A stretch of DNA of 64,000 nt from Basidiobolus meristosporus CBS 931.73. Lineage: Eukaryota; Fungi; Basidiobolomycota. The stretch's first letter is position 1. Each line of letters opens with the position of its first letter. This document shows, piece by piece, positions 46,401 to 59,340 of this stretch. The notes below the pieces were generated by a model. It was not told the origin of the DNA. It did not search any database and worked only from the letters and a program-made list of their open reading frames with translations. The stretch spans positions 62,001-126,000 of the forward strand of contig MCFE01000009.1 in assembly GCA_002104905.1 (NCBI GenBank), read 5' to 3'. A program made the position numbers and the translations under genes.

Positions 46401-48448
46401 AAAAGAGTTCACTCTGTGCACAGATGCTTCAGATTATGCAATTGGTGGAGTGCTGAGCCAAGAACACAAGGGAAAGGACTACCCTGTTGCCTTTGAGTCT
46501 AAGAAACTGAACTCAGCAGAACAAAACTATCCAGTCCATGAGAACGAGATGCTTGCTATAATACACTGTTTGAAGACATGGAGATGCTATATTGAAGGAG
46601 TCAAATGCACTGTGAAAACTGATCATGCCTCCCTCCAGTATGTATTTACTCAGAAGGTACTCTCTTAAAGAATGATAAGATGGAGTGAATACATTCAGCA
46701 ATCTGACCTGGAGATTGTCTACTGCCCTGGAAAAAACAACACGGTTGCTGATGCCTTATCAAGATTAGAACAAGTTGCACAACTCAACTTGGTGCATGAA
46801 TCAGAATGGCCTAGCCTATTACCAAAGTACTTGGAGAACCAAGCCATTCCTAATAAGGTGGATGAAGAGATAAAGAAGATAATCTGGGTTGAAGCCAGCA
46901 AATTTGTTGTACAGGATGAAACACTCCACCAAATTGTTGATGGAAGCCCTATTGCCTATTGTCCTTATGTTGCTTGCCTGGATTTAATACATAAGCTACA
47001 CAATGGATATGGACATCTTGGGATTGAAGAAACCTATAGCCTTGTGAAAGCAAGAGCATAGTGGCCCAGAATAAAACAAGATATTGAGAAGCTAGTGAAA
47101 ACATGCCCAAACTGCCAAATCAATCAAGGCCAACCACAAACAATTGCCAAACTCTTCCCTTTGGAGCCTGTAAGACCATTTGAGAGATAGGGAATTGACT
47201 TTACTGGAAGACTGCCAACTACCAGGAAATGCAACCATTGGATCCTAGTAGCAATTGACCATGCCACTAAATGGCCAGCTGCTAAAGCTGTACCAATAGC
47301 CAGTGAACAAGAAGTTGCAAGTTTCATTTACCATGAGATCCTGATGAAGTTTGGATGCCCTGTGGAGACCTTATCTGATAGAGGAGCAAACTTTATGGCA
47401 AAGACATTAGAGGCTCACCTGGAAATGCAGCAGATCAGACACCTGAAAACCTTGGTATATCACCCCAGAACTAATGGAGTCACTGAGTGGTTTAATGGAT
47501 TATTTGGAAAAATGCTGACCAAGTATGCAAATGGAGTTGTCAGTAGATGGGATGAGTATATAGACCAAGCACTCTTTGCATGCAGAGTCAGAGTACACAA
47601 CACCACCCAGCAATCATCATTTTACTTAGTGTATGGATGAGAACCAAGGATTCCAGGAGATCTCACACAACCAAAGCTTACAGACACCTTTGAGATGAAC
47701 TCAGTCAGCCAAGTAGACACCAGCAACTGGAACAAAGACGTCAAGAGGCACAGACCAAAGTATCTCAGAGTGCAGAAAAGATGAAGCAGAGCTTTGATAA
47801 GACTATAGTACCAGAAGCATTGATAGTTGGGAACTTTGTATTGCTAAGAAACAACACTTGGAAGAAGTTTGAGCCACAATGGACAGGACCATTCAAGATC
47901 ATCAGAGAATGTCCATTTGCAACTTACCAACTGGTTGACAAACAAGGTAATATCTGGGAAGACTTAGTGCATAGGGACAGACTCAAGCTTGCAAGACTTG
48001 CTGATAATACTGAACCATCAAGATTTTGGTATCACAAAAAAGAGATTCAGGAGAACCCTCTCAACATTAGTAGGGGAGAATGTTATGATCTGCTGCTTGA
48101 ATGTTTAAGTTAGATCAGTTTTTTGTCTAATCAATTAGCATATGTTTAGGTTATCAGTATATCAGTATTATCTATGGAATCAGTAGCATTAGTCAGCAAA
48201 TGAATCAGCAGATCCTTATCAGACAGAAATAGATATTTTAAGTAAGATCTTATTGGGTGATGATGATGCAATCAAATGAGTCATCAGCCACAACCTACAC
48301 TAGGAAATACAATTAGTCAGCAATTGATCTGGCAAAATGTATATAAGGAGCTGTTGGAACCTCAATAATAATCCGTTCAAGTTTTAGTGAATACAATACT
48401 AGCTAAACTCCCTATTCCTCTACAACTCCTATACCAAGACTTGTAACA
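43496..48448 (+). mobile_element. Full-length but decayed Gypsy family 2, copy 2
   Basis: LTRs 43496-43862 and 48081-48448; TSD ATAT; PBS tggtagcagca. Gag-pol colinear with 31125-35258 but with many nonsense changes and one frameshift near 47690. Confidence 0.96.
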
Positions 48449-48847
48449 ATATACTGTGATCTGCAGTGCAACAACTGATCCCAATCTCCCCCAAATATAT
48501 GTTAATTTTATTATAACATGCTCTGGTGCTTGCTTAAGCCCATTCAATAGCTTCTCAAGTGTGCACATCTTATTGGGGCCTTTTGAATCAGTAAAACCCT
48601 CTGGTTGCTTCTTGTATATAGTTTGTTGCAAGTCCCCATTTAGAAAGGCTGTTCTGATATCCATTTGGTGTGGATCTAGACTGAGTAAAGCTGCTAGGGC
48701 TAGAACTGTCTTAATGGAGTTAAACTTGGCAGCCGGAGCAAATGTTTCCTTAAAGCCAAGTCCCGGGATCTGGGAATAGCCTTTAGCCACAAATCTAGCC
48801 TTGTACTTATTGATGGTACCATTTGAGGTTATCTTGATCTGGTAGAC

Positions 48848-49216
48848 TGTTGAAATATTGGACTATTTGGTATCATTCAGCAGCTAAAAATTTACTTAAC
48901 AATTCTAGGCTAGTCTTAGTCACTGTAGGACTCATTTACTGCCTTAACTTTGCCACTTTCTCCAGATATATGATCTTATGATTATTCCCCTATAGTCAAG
49001 ATCAAATTAGCACTATTACCAAACATTATGTACTAACCCTGAAACTGTTACAGAATGCTCCTGAATATTGAGAAACCCTCCCTACTTAGTGTTGCAGCTG
49101 TATTACTTCTACAAAGGTATAAATACTGAGCTTCTTTATGAATAAACAACAGTTCAACTGTTATCACTATTTCTTGATAAGTTCCTTATATCCAAATCAC
49201 TTCTTAAATTGCAACA
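48848..49216 (+). mobile_element. Solo LTR of Copia family 2 (369 bp)
   Basis: TGTTG..CAACA; 5-bp TSD TAGAC on both sides; homologous to 26881-27249; host RT sequence rejoins (compare 40225-40260). Confidence 0.92.
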
Positions 49217-51614
49217 TAGACCCCTCTAAATCCTATGGGCTTTCTGCCATTTGATAAATCTACCAGTTCCCACATTTTTGCCCTGATCAGTGATTGGTAC
49301 TCCTCCTGAATGGCTTGTTGCCACATAGTAACATCTGGACTTTACATTGTCTGTTCCAGAACCCTAAGAAAAAAATCAAGGAAAGGTCTGTAGAATACTA
49401 TCATAAAATTGCCTGAAATCCAGGTTTCTCAAACTGACCAGTATCATTATCTGATTCTTTAGCAGTTGGGCAGACAAGCAGATATATTTTCAAACAGGAA
49501 ACTAGGCTAGGCAGGACTCACACCAGATTTGGTAATTAGCCAGCCACTACTTCCATCAAAAATTGCAACTGAATATTTGTACAAAAACACCATTTGAATA
49601 CCAGCTAAATGCCATCAGAGTACAAGCAGAGTCTGGCTGAAAATCAGATGAATACAGGTTTGAGATTTTTCATAGGGGATTCTGAGGTTTGGCACATAAG
49701 GCAAGATAAGCTTCTTCAGAATCATTAGATATCTACCACTAGCATCCAGGGGCATTTCTGATTCTGGTAGATTTCCTAACTGGGATAATATGCTCTGATC
49801 TGAAGCTGGTAGAATTATCTTTCATATCTGACTGAATAAGATATATATCTTCTTCATCAGTGCTGATTGCATCATTAGGCAGCAGGCCATTGATTTCAGT
49901 GGCTTTCTGATCTGAATTCTCCTCAGATACAATGTCCCTTCACTTGATAAGCTTCTGAATTTTGCCATTATACACTCTATACCCTTTAGTATTCTCTCAA
50001 AACCCAAGAATGACCTCTTTTCTACTCTTTAGTTCCAACTTTGAGTGTTTTTGTCAGGAATGTGATAAAAAACATTACTGCCAAATATCCTGGAATGCTG
50101 GAGGTATAGTTTTTTGCATGTATATGCTTTAAGGAGAGTAGAATCATGTAGTGCTGTTATTAGACATCCATTCTATAAGGCTCATGACTAAGCACATGAG
50201 TCATTCTGCCAATTGCTCCCACAGGCACCCACCTTATCCTACCCAGACTTTACTAAGATCTTTTTTGTTGCTACAGATGCATCTAATGCTGGGTTAGGGG
50301 CTGTCCTATACCAGGATTATGACCAAAATTTGACTCACTTGGTCTTGTTTCAAGCCATTTCCCTACAACCTGATGAGAGAAACTACTCTGCCACCAAGAA
50401 GGAGCTACTTGCCATAGTCTTTGCCTTGAAAAAGTTGGATCAGTACTCATGGGGTAGCCCTTTTACCTTGTACACTGACAATCAAGCCCTTTTGTATATC
50501 CGCACTCAAAAGACTCTGGCTCCAATGCTTATCAACTGGCTTGAAACTCTACTTGATTATGAATATACAGTTGTTCATTGCCCAGGAATTCTTAATATTC
50601 TGCCTGACCATCTTTCAAGACTTTTCCCAATTTCACCTTAGGAGGGACATGTAATACTGACATAAGCAGTAGGCTTCCCACAACTTCCAAAATAACTCCA
50701 CAACTGGATTCAGAAACTTGGAAAATCTCACATGCCAATGAAAGGAAAATGTTGATACAGAGGAGTAATTTACTTGGCCACTTTGGAGCTGACACACTTA
50801 TGTAGAATCTACACCCTGATGGATATCACTGGCCAAATATCAAAGCCAGCTGCCTAGAATTTGTTAAGTCTTGCAGTGAATGTCAACTTTATAATCTCAG
50901 CTGCCATGGATTTCACCCTCTGAGTCCCATCCATGCAAGCCTTCCTATGGATTATATTGCAATTGATCTAGCTGGATCTTTTACCACTAGTGATGAAGGT
51001 AATAACTACCTCTTTGTAATTATGGATGTCTATGCACATTTTGTCTTCCTCAAAGCTATCCCAGGCAAGTATACTGCTACTGTTGCACAAGCACTCCTCA
51101 AGCTCTTCTGCCTTTTTGCATTCCCAAGATCATTAAATTGGATAATGGAGCAGAATTTGTAAGTCTTGCAATCAAAGCCCTTTGCTAGAATAACACCATT
51201 GATCACCATCTGATCACACCATATCATCCCAAAGCTAATTGACCTGTGAAAGACATGTTCAGACCTCATTGAATATTATCAGGAAATTTATCAAATGTAT
51301 CAAGAGGAGTTGAGACATGTCTATTTCCACTGTACATTATGCTATCTATACTAAAATTGCTGCTCTACATGGATCAATGCCATTTTCTTTGATGTTTGGA
51401 AGAAGATACAACCACTTTGGAGACTACCAGAATACAGAGTTAGCAAGCTTGCGCACAGACAAGCTAAAGAACTGACTTGAGTACCTAATCAACATTGTCT
51501 ACCCTGCTATCAGTGCCAAAAGTAAGGCCTCACAGCAAAAGATGACTTCAACATATGGCTCAAGACACAAGAACAGTACCTTCCAGGATGGGTCATATGT
51601 CATGACACTATATT

Positions 51615-54600
51615 TGTTGTAAGAGTCTTGGAGATATTGGAAGTGATTTGGAGAACAAGTAGATTATGTGGTTTTCACTTAATGATTTATTGAATGTAAA
51701 AGTAGTATTTATACTTTTACATGGTCTTGGCATTACAAACACGTAGAATAGGTTAAGGAAGGCCCCAAGAACATGTGTGCAAAGTTTGGGGCTGTTTGGA
51801 CAACTTTGAGAATTTTCATGTTCTGGGTACCTGGTATTTTGGTGAAAATATTCTAAGTAAATCCTGACAAGGAATTTGGTCAGTATTCTCTAGGATTTGA
51901 AGGTGATGATCTAAGTGACTAAGTTAGGTGAATATTTAGGTGGAAAATACGATTTTTTACAACACTCCCACTCAGCTAAATGTTCATACTGACTAGTCCT
52001 AATTTTGACCTAAAATATTCAAACTTGTCTCTAGCTAATGGTTTGGTAAATATGTCTGCAATCATTTCATCTGTAGGACAATAAACTAAGCTAACTAAGT
52101 TATTCTCTATAGCTTCACGTATGAAATGATGTCTAATATCTATGTGCTTGGTTCTAGCATGAAAAGTTGGATTTCTACCTAATTGTATACATCCTTGATT
52201 ATCTTGAAATAAAGTAATAGGCGTTTTTTGACATAGGCCTAAATCTGTAAAGAGCTTTCTTAACCACATTGCTTCTTTTGTAGCTTCACAGGCTGCCATA
52301 TACTCTGCCTCTGTAGTAGAAAGTGCTACGGTTGGTTGCTTTCTTGAATTCCATGAAATGGCTCCTTTACAGTAAAGAAAGGTGTATCCTGTGGTGGATC
52401 TTCTGTCTTCTAAATTTCGTCCCCAATCAGCATCAGAGTATCCCACAAGATCCTGTTCTGAATCCTTATAAGTGTATCTTAAGCAGATATCAGCAGTTCC
52501 TTTTAGGTATCTAAAAATCCGCTTAACTGCTGCAATATGATCAGATCCATAGTTCTGATTATGTTGGCTGACAACTCCCACTGAATATGAGATATCTGGA
52601 CGTGTTCCAAGCATGATATACATCAGACTGCCGACCATAGATTGATAAGGAAAGTCAGGGCTTTCAGATGGCACCAAGCTCTCTTGATTTGGTTGAGTTT
52701 TGACCAAGTTAAGGTTTGTCTCCATTGGGGTAGCTGCCGGTTTACAGTCTTCCATTTGGTACTTCTTTAGTATATCTTGAATATACTTGGATTGGCTTAG
52801 GGTAATAGTCTGGGTACTTCTGTCTATGGAGAACTTAATCCCTAAGTAGTAACTAAGTTCTCCTAGATCGGACATCTTGAACTCCTTAGATAGGCTGGAT
52901 TTAGTCTCTTCCAATGTTTCTAGGTTATTGGCGGCTATAATAAGATCATCCACATATAGAGCTAATAGAACTGGATTTGCTCTATCTGGCTTGTAGTATA
53001 TACTATAGTCAGCATTACTCCTTTTGAAACTCAAAGATTCCAAATAAGAATCTATCTTGCAATTCCAGGCTCTCGGTGATTGTTTGAGACCATATAGTGA
53101 CTTTTTAAGCTTGCAGACCAAATGGGGGTTATCTTGGTCAACAAACCCATCAGGCTGGTCCATATACACGTCCTCATCAAGTTCTCCATTCAAAAATGCA
53201 GTTTTTACATCCATTTGATGAATAAAAAACTTATATTTGGCTGCAATAGCCAATATTAATCTGATGGAATTAAACTTGGCTACCGGTGCAAAGGTCTCAG
53301 TATAGTCAAGTCCTTTTGTTTGAGAGTATCCTTTGGCTACAAGTCTTGCTTTGTATCTTTCAATTGTACCATCAGCCTTGTATTTTGTCTTGAAGACCCA
53401 TCTGCATCCAATTGATTTTTGGTTGATTGGCAATTTGACTAAGTCCCAAGTTTGATTTTCCATCAGTGCCTGATATTCCTCAGTCATTGCAGATCTCCAA
53501 AACTTTGTCTGAGGGCTATTTAGGGCCTCTTTTACAGTCTGGGGTTCATCAATATGGACTGAATAGGCATAGGCTAAGTTTGTACCCTCATTGATATAGT
53601 AATTTGGGCTATTTCTTGTCCGATTGGATCTCCGGGCATTTGATACTGGAATGATCACTTCTGGGATATTCCTGGGCACTGATTCTGGCTGAACCACGGT
53701 TGTAGAGTCCTCTGGAGTGAAAAAATTTTCATTGTTTTGCTCTGATTCAATCCTGACAATTGGTGGACTTGAGATCAAATTTTTGTCATCATCTGATGTC
53801 ATTTTTTGTGAAAATTTTGAATTTTCATCAAACAACACATCCCTGGACTTGATAAGCTTCTTTGCTTCGGTATTGTAGAGTCTGTATGCCTTACTCTCAT
53901 TGCAGTAGCCCAAAAATATGCATTTTACACTTTTTGGCTCAAATTTTGACTGATTTCCGGCCAGTTTTTTGGCATATGCTGTGCACCCAAATATTCTTAG
54001 ATGTTCTGCACTTGGTCTGTATCCATACCATGCTTCAAATGGAGTAGAATCACGAAGTATTCTGTTATAACTCCTATTTTTAAGGTATACAGCAGTGGCA
54101 ACTGATTCCGCCTAAAAATCATAGGATAATTTTTGATCATGGATCATAGATCTTGCCATATCAATTATTGATCTGTTAGCTCGTTCTGCTACTCCATTTT
54201 GCTGTGGGGAGTATGGTACAGTAGTCTCTTGCTTTATCCCATGAATTTTGCAGAAGTGGATGAAGAGTTTTGAGGTATATTCTCCACCATTGTCAGAGCG
54301 TATTTTCTTGATTTTTTCACCAGTTTCTCTCTCCACCATGGCTTTAAGCTCCCTGAGCTTAGACAGAGCTTCTTCCTTTCTCTCCATGAAGTAGACCCAT
54401 GTGTATCTTGTATAATCATCAATAAAAGTGATTAAATACTTCATCCCGCCTAAGGATAAATTTTGCATAGGTCCACACAGATCTGAGTGAATTAGATCTA
54501 ATTTTTTCTTAGTTTTGATTAACCCAGAGCTCTTGAACGGTTGTCTGGCTTGTTTCCCATATATGCAGGCTTCACAGTGCTCCAAATTAGCTGGGGGATC

Positions 54601-56301
54601 AATTTTCACTCCAGAAATTAGCTGATCTTTGATCATTTTGCGCAAATAATCAAAATTGATGTGTCCAAATCTCCTGTGCCAAAGCATTGGTGTTTCTTCA
54701 TTTAAGTTACTTATATTGGCTTCCAGATATGATGGAATATAAGTCAACTTGTATAGGTTCTGATCTCTGATGCCTGAAGCAATATGAGCACCATTTTGAT
54801 CAGTGATCCTGCATCCAGAATTGTCAAAACTGAAACTGAGTCCTTCTGCTGTGGCCTTGCTTACAGAGAGTAGGTTCTTGGCTATTTCTGGTACATAGAG
54901 TACTTCTTTAAAGGTCAGTGTATGGCTTCCTTCACTGCTTCTAAGGTTTACTTGGATAGTTCCTTCTCCCACTGCATCAAGTGTTCTATCGTCACCCATG
55001 AAAACCTTTTTAATTGGAATTTCTTGATATTGGGTAAAAAGTTCTTTTTGGTGTGTAAAGTGTTGAGAAGCTCCAGAGTCAATATACCACGTCTGAGAAT
55101 CCTTGTTTGTGGTCATATTTAGTGCAGATATGAATAGTCTATCTTCAGTTGTTGCAGCATTTCCATATTCAGGCTTCTTTTGCTGATAATCTCTCTTTTT
55201 GAAACACCGGTCTGATGTGTGTCCTTTCCTTTTGCAGTAGTTGCAAAATAGGTTGTTGTTGCCTTTGTAGGGTCTTGGGTACCTCCTTTGTTGGTTATCA
55301 TTGCTTATTAAAGCATTTTCTTCTTCCTTCTTATTGGCGCTTGATTTTCTTAATTCTTCATCCAGGAGCCTTCCATATACGTAATTTAAGGTCAAATCTT
55401 CAGTTCTGGACTCTAGGGCTGATACAAGGCCCTGAAACTTGTCTGTCAGGCTATTCAGGATGGTAACTATCACATCCTCATCAGTAGTTGGTACGCCCAC
55501 AGATTCCATCTCATCTACCAGCAGGGTAATTCTGTTAATTAGATTTTTCATTTCTTCTCCTGGCAGCATCTTTGTAGTAAAGAATTTTCTTCTCAGATAC
55601 ATTTTCTTGGCAGCTGAACATGACTGGTAGGTGTCTTCTAATGCCTTCCAGGCATTCTTTGCTGTTTTTGCTCTTGAGCATTGAATTAGCAATTTGTCCT
55701 TGACATTAAGGCAAATGCAGTTAAAGGCACTTTGTTCTTTCTTCTGGTACTTTAAGGCTTCCTCTCCCACGTTTTTAGGAGGGCATTCTTCTCCCATGAC
55801 AATATCCCAAAGGCCTCTTTCTTGCAGCAGCATCTTCATCTTCACCTTCCACACTTGGTAGTTAGATCCATCCAACTTTTCAGCAGAGGGAAAAATTCCA
55901 GTAATAGCAGTAGTAGACATTGCAGAGAGTGACCGCTCGGGGCTCATAACCTGTTGTAAGAGTCTTGGAGATATTGGAAGTGATTTGGAGAACAAGTAGA
56001 TTATGTGGTTTTCACTTAATGATTTATTGAATGTAAAAGTAGTATTTATACTTTTACATGGTCTTGGCATTACAAACACGTAGAATAGGTTAAGGAAGGC
56101 CCCAAGAACATGTGTGCAAAGTTTGGGGCTGTTTGGACAACTTTGAGAATTTTCATGTTCTGGGTACCTGGTATTTTGGTGAAAATATTCTAAGTAAATC
56201 CCGACAAGGAATTTGGTCAGTATTCTCTAGGATTTGAAGGTGATGATCTAAGTGACTAAGTTAGGTGAATATTTAGGTGGAAAATACGATTTTTTACAAC
56301 A
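51615..56301 (-). mobile_element. Full-length Ty1/Copia family 1, young copy (350-bp LTRs)
   Basis: LTRs 51615-51964 and 55952-56301 differ at one position (cctg/cccg). TSD ATATT; PBS GGTTATGAGCCC (55940-55951, minus strand); PPT next to the left LTR. Confidence 0.98.
51976..55920 (-). CDS. Copia gag-protease-integrase-RT-RNase H polyprotein with one in-frame TAG (54112-54114)
   Basis: LDGSNYQVWKVKM gag, CNYCKRKGHTSDRC, YIDSGAS, WHRRFGH..CEAC, HSDLCGP, RSDNGGEY, RLVAKGY, LYVDD, YSDADW. The frame is continuous across the stop (DF*AESVATAVYLKNRS). Confidence 0.93.
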
Positions 56302-57369
56302 ATATTCAGTCCAACAATCTAAACCTGACCCCAAATATGTAGGCCCATTAAATGTTGTCAGATGTACCACAGGAGGATCTTATGTACCTCAAGACCATAC
56401 TAGAGCGCTGCTACCCATATATTTTCCACCTTCATCACTCCAGCTCATTTCCCAAGACCCAGATATTTCTGAATCCTATGAAGTTAAAGCTATTGTAGAC
56501 CATGATGGAGAAGAACCAAATTGCCTTTATTTAGTCAATTGGAAAGGTTAGGATGCCAAACACAACACCTGGGAACCTTACACCAACTTTGATGCTTTTT
56601 CCGTCATTGATCAGTATTGGAGCTGCAGGAGTTCCCAGAAGGTATCAGAAAGCTTTTCTCCAGTGAGGAATTGATTCTGTGCATCAACATTTAAAACTTA
56701 GCCAATTTTACTCCATTAGAATATGTAGTACCCTAACTGATTTTCTCTAACCCAAACATAACTAATCCCTAGTATGGTTTAGTTATCACTTCCCAGAATC
56801 TATTTTTAGCTGTCAGACCTGGTCAATTTTCATATGGCCATTACATTCTCTGCTGATCTGCTAAGCCTTTCCTAGTGATTAGTCATCTGAGATCTATCCA
56901 GCCACTTAACAGTTGCCAACACATCAGATGATCACTGATGCAAATTTTCATTTATCTTATGCACCTATTGACACCCCAACAAATTTCAATTAGTCCAGTC
57001 TTTAGGCGCTTACTAATTCAACCTGATCAGAAAGTATAAATAAAGTTTACTGAACCTTTTGATTTAGTGTGTGTCACAATGAAATCAAGGTTGTGTCTCT
57101 GCAAAATTAAGAATTCAATAATTCTGTTCTAGTTTCTACCAAAGTGTAGCATATCTAGTACTCCCACAAACACCAAGCCTAGCCTGCATAGCTAACCAAC
57201 TCTGTTGCCTTTATAGCCCAACTCAGCTATATACAAGACCAATATTAGACCACAACCTCTCTGCTTATATTTCTGGCAATCTTGACAATTCTAAGATTCT
57301 GCACTTAGTTGTCATTTAGGCTCAGTTAAACTGTTCACAAGTATTATTACACTTTTCTCGTGGATAATA

Positions 57370-59340
57370 GAAACAGGCTCCTGAGGTAGCTGCTTGCTTT
57401 TGTCACTGCCAGGTCCTTGACTGCTGCTTTGACTTTGTGCTTCTCAGTAGTACTACTCTTTTTCCTTGGTAAATGTTGTGCTGGTGCATCTGAGTCTGCC
57501 TGCTTTTCCCTTATTGGCACTCTTTCAGCTACCTAATGTCTCCCTGATACTTGTTAGGAGCTTTTGGCCCTGCTTGCAACATGCTCTTGAGGAAGCCACC
57601 ATTTTATAGCCTTTGTACCCTTGTTCTTCTGCCTTTCATAGTTTCTGCTATTGTGGAGATACTTTCTTATTGTACCAATGCTGGCCCAAATCTGTTTGCT
57701 TGTTTAAATCCAGGATAATGCTTACAGAGCAAGTCAAGCACATTATGCTTGGCCATGAGCTCCTGATGGTCCCATGGTATGCTGACCTTAAGGTGTTGGA
57801 ATGCTAGACTTCTAGCAGCCTCTTGAATCCTAGTCCATTCTTCATAATAGCACTTGACAGCTTCAAGGTGTAATGGGGTCACAGTGACACCCACTGACAG
57901 ATGTGCTCATTCCTATATTTTCTACTTCCCTATATCTCTACTACCCTTATTTTAGTTTTATCCCATTTGTCTTACCTGATCAGTACTATCCCATAAGCAG
58001 GTTGACTATCACACCTGCTCACCATATTGCATAAGTTTTCCTCCACTTTATGTAAGATTACTAGCAGTAAGTGTTTCTATATTAGGCAAGTACTTGTGCA
58101 AGTACCTGTAAAACATGATCAGATGATGCCACCCTCCTCACCACTTCCATACCATATATGGCATCCCTATGCTACACAGGTTTCAGAGTACTGATTCCTG
58201 ATTGGTGGGATGTGCTGTGCCTCTTAGAACCTTTGAGCACCTACTTTGAGCATTCTTAGGTCATTCTGATGCCATTAAGATTTCTATTAATATCTGGAAT
58301 CTTCTGGAACACCATGATAGTAATCACTTAGCAGTAAGAAAAGTATATAAGGGAGGCTATCCCTCAACAAATCATCATCCCTTTTATCAATATACCAACC
58401 TGTTGATTAGTGTGATCACTGCTACCTGAATGTCCAACCCCAGACCACAGGACACTCCCAGGAAACCATGCTGACAGCCAACTGACCTTGTAGGCACTAC
58501 TTGTGAGGAATACTCAGAGTAGGTATCTTTTATTTATTTGATTCTTTCCCAAGTTTGTTCTTGTACAGGCAAGGATACTTTTCTGTCTTTGTAACTGTTG
58601 ACCACAGCTGCATTCTTATCAAGTCACTGCTGGTGAAATTTACAGTTATTTTGACTTTGGAAGCTTTAGTACATTGTCATCTCAAAGGATGCCAAACCCA
58701 GCACATACTTTTGTTAAGATGTCAACTAAGTTGGGGATTGAAGCTCAATAGTTTTCCCTTGACAAGCTTGTGGCTTTATTCCCCATCACTTTAGATTAGG
58801 GACAGAACCCAAGTATTCCTAGCAAGCTTTTGCCAGGGGTTATTGCACCCAGTGAACACCCCACATGCAAAACACTTGAGAAGTGTTGGATGTATCTCTT
58901 CCTTGAACCTATACACCACCACAACAGATCTTCAATATCTTTTGATTTAAGGCTTTGGTATAAACACTATGCTATCTCTCTTGCATGCTGTGATAGAATT
59001 TTATGTGGGCTTTATCTTTAGGCACTATTGTTGTGCTTCAAAGACTGTATGGTGCTTCTCTACTGTTACATTGGGAAATGGCTCAATCCTTAGCTGTGGC
59101 ATTGAGCTACTTGAGTTCCTTCTTTGCAGCAAAGTTACTGCTTTCTCTACCTGGGATCTTGACTGCTCTACACCATTGTCTGCTCAGCCTGTTTCTGGAC
59201 TCTTTCCTGATAGTTCTGTGCTATTGCATCTATCCTATCAGCCTCTGTACCTAATTGCTTCATTAATGCTTTGGTATGAGCTGACAACATACTTGCTGAT
59301 ATGGGTGGTGGTGATGTTATCATGGCCACTGCTGACAGTG
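57370..59340 (-). pseudogene. ORF-U relic split by a Gypsy-1 solo LTR, head-to-head with the transposase relic at 59340-61620
   Basis: EEWTRIQEAARSLAFQHLKVSIPWDHQE matches ORF 19440-19811; flanks rejoin across the LTR. Confidence 0.7.
57869..58923 (+). mobile_element. Older solo LTR of Gypsy family 1 (1055 bp)
   Basis: Homologous along its length to 9851-10921 with most CpGs lost; flanks AAGG / ACAG (degenerate 4-bp TSD). Confidence 0.93.

Larger units (their letters stand above)
43180..50160 (-). mobile_element. Copia-2 internal relic (RT/integrase) split by Gypsy-2 copy 2 and a solo LTR
   Basis: SKFQMKDLGKQSYFLGI (43193-43447) and MAKGYSQIPGLGFKETFAP (48377-48790); homologous to 39500-40900. 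Confidence 0.8.
50180..57351 (+). mobile_element. Chromovirus (Gypsy) relic: RNase H, integrase, chromodomain, possible 3' LTR (56724-57351); split by Copia-1
   Basis: ATDASNAGLGAVL, IAIDLAG, YVGPL, and YEVKAIVDH..YLVNWKG*..HNTWEP..NF..IDQYW (56477-56620). The LTR call rests only on TGTA..TACA ends (low confidence). Confidence 0.8.

Noticed and set aside
54112-56079. Copia annotated as two separate genes with an upstream start in the LTR
   Set aside because: One continuous frame from ATG 55920 to 51976 with a single TGG>TAG change in the conserved FWAE motif.
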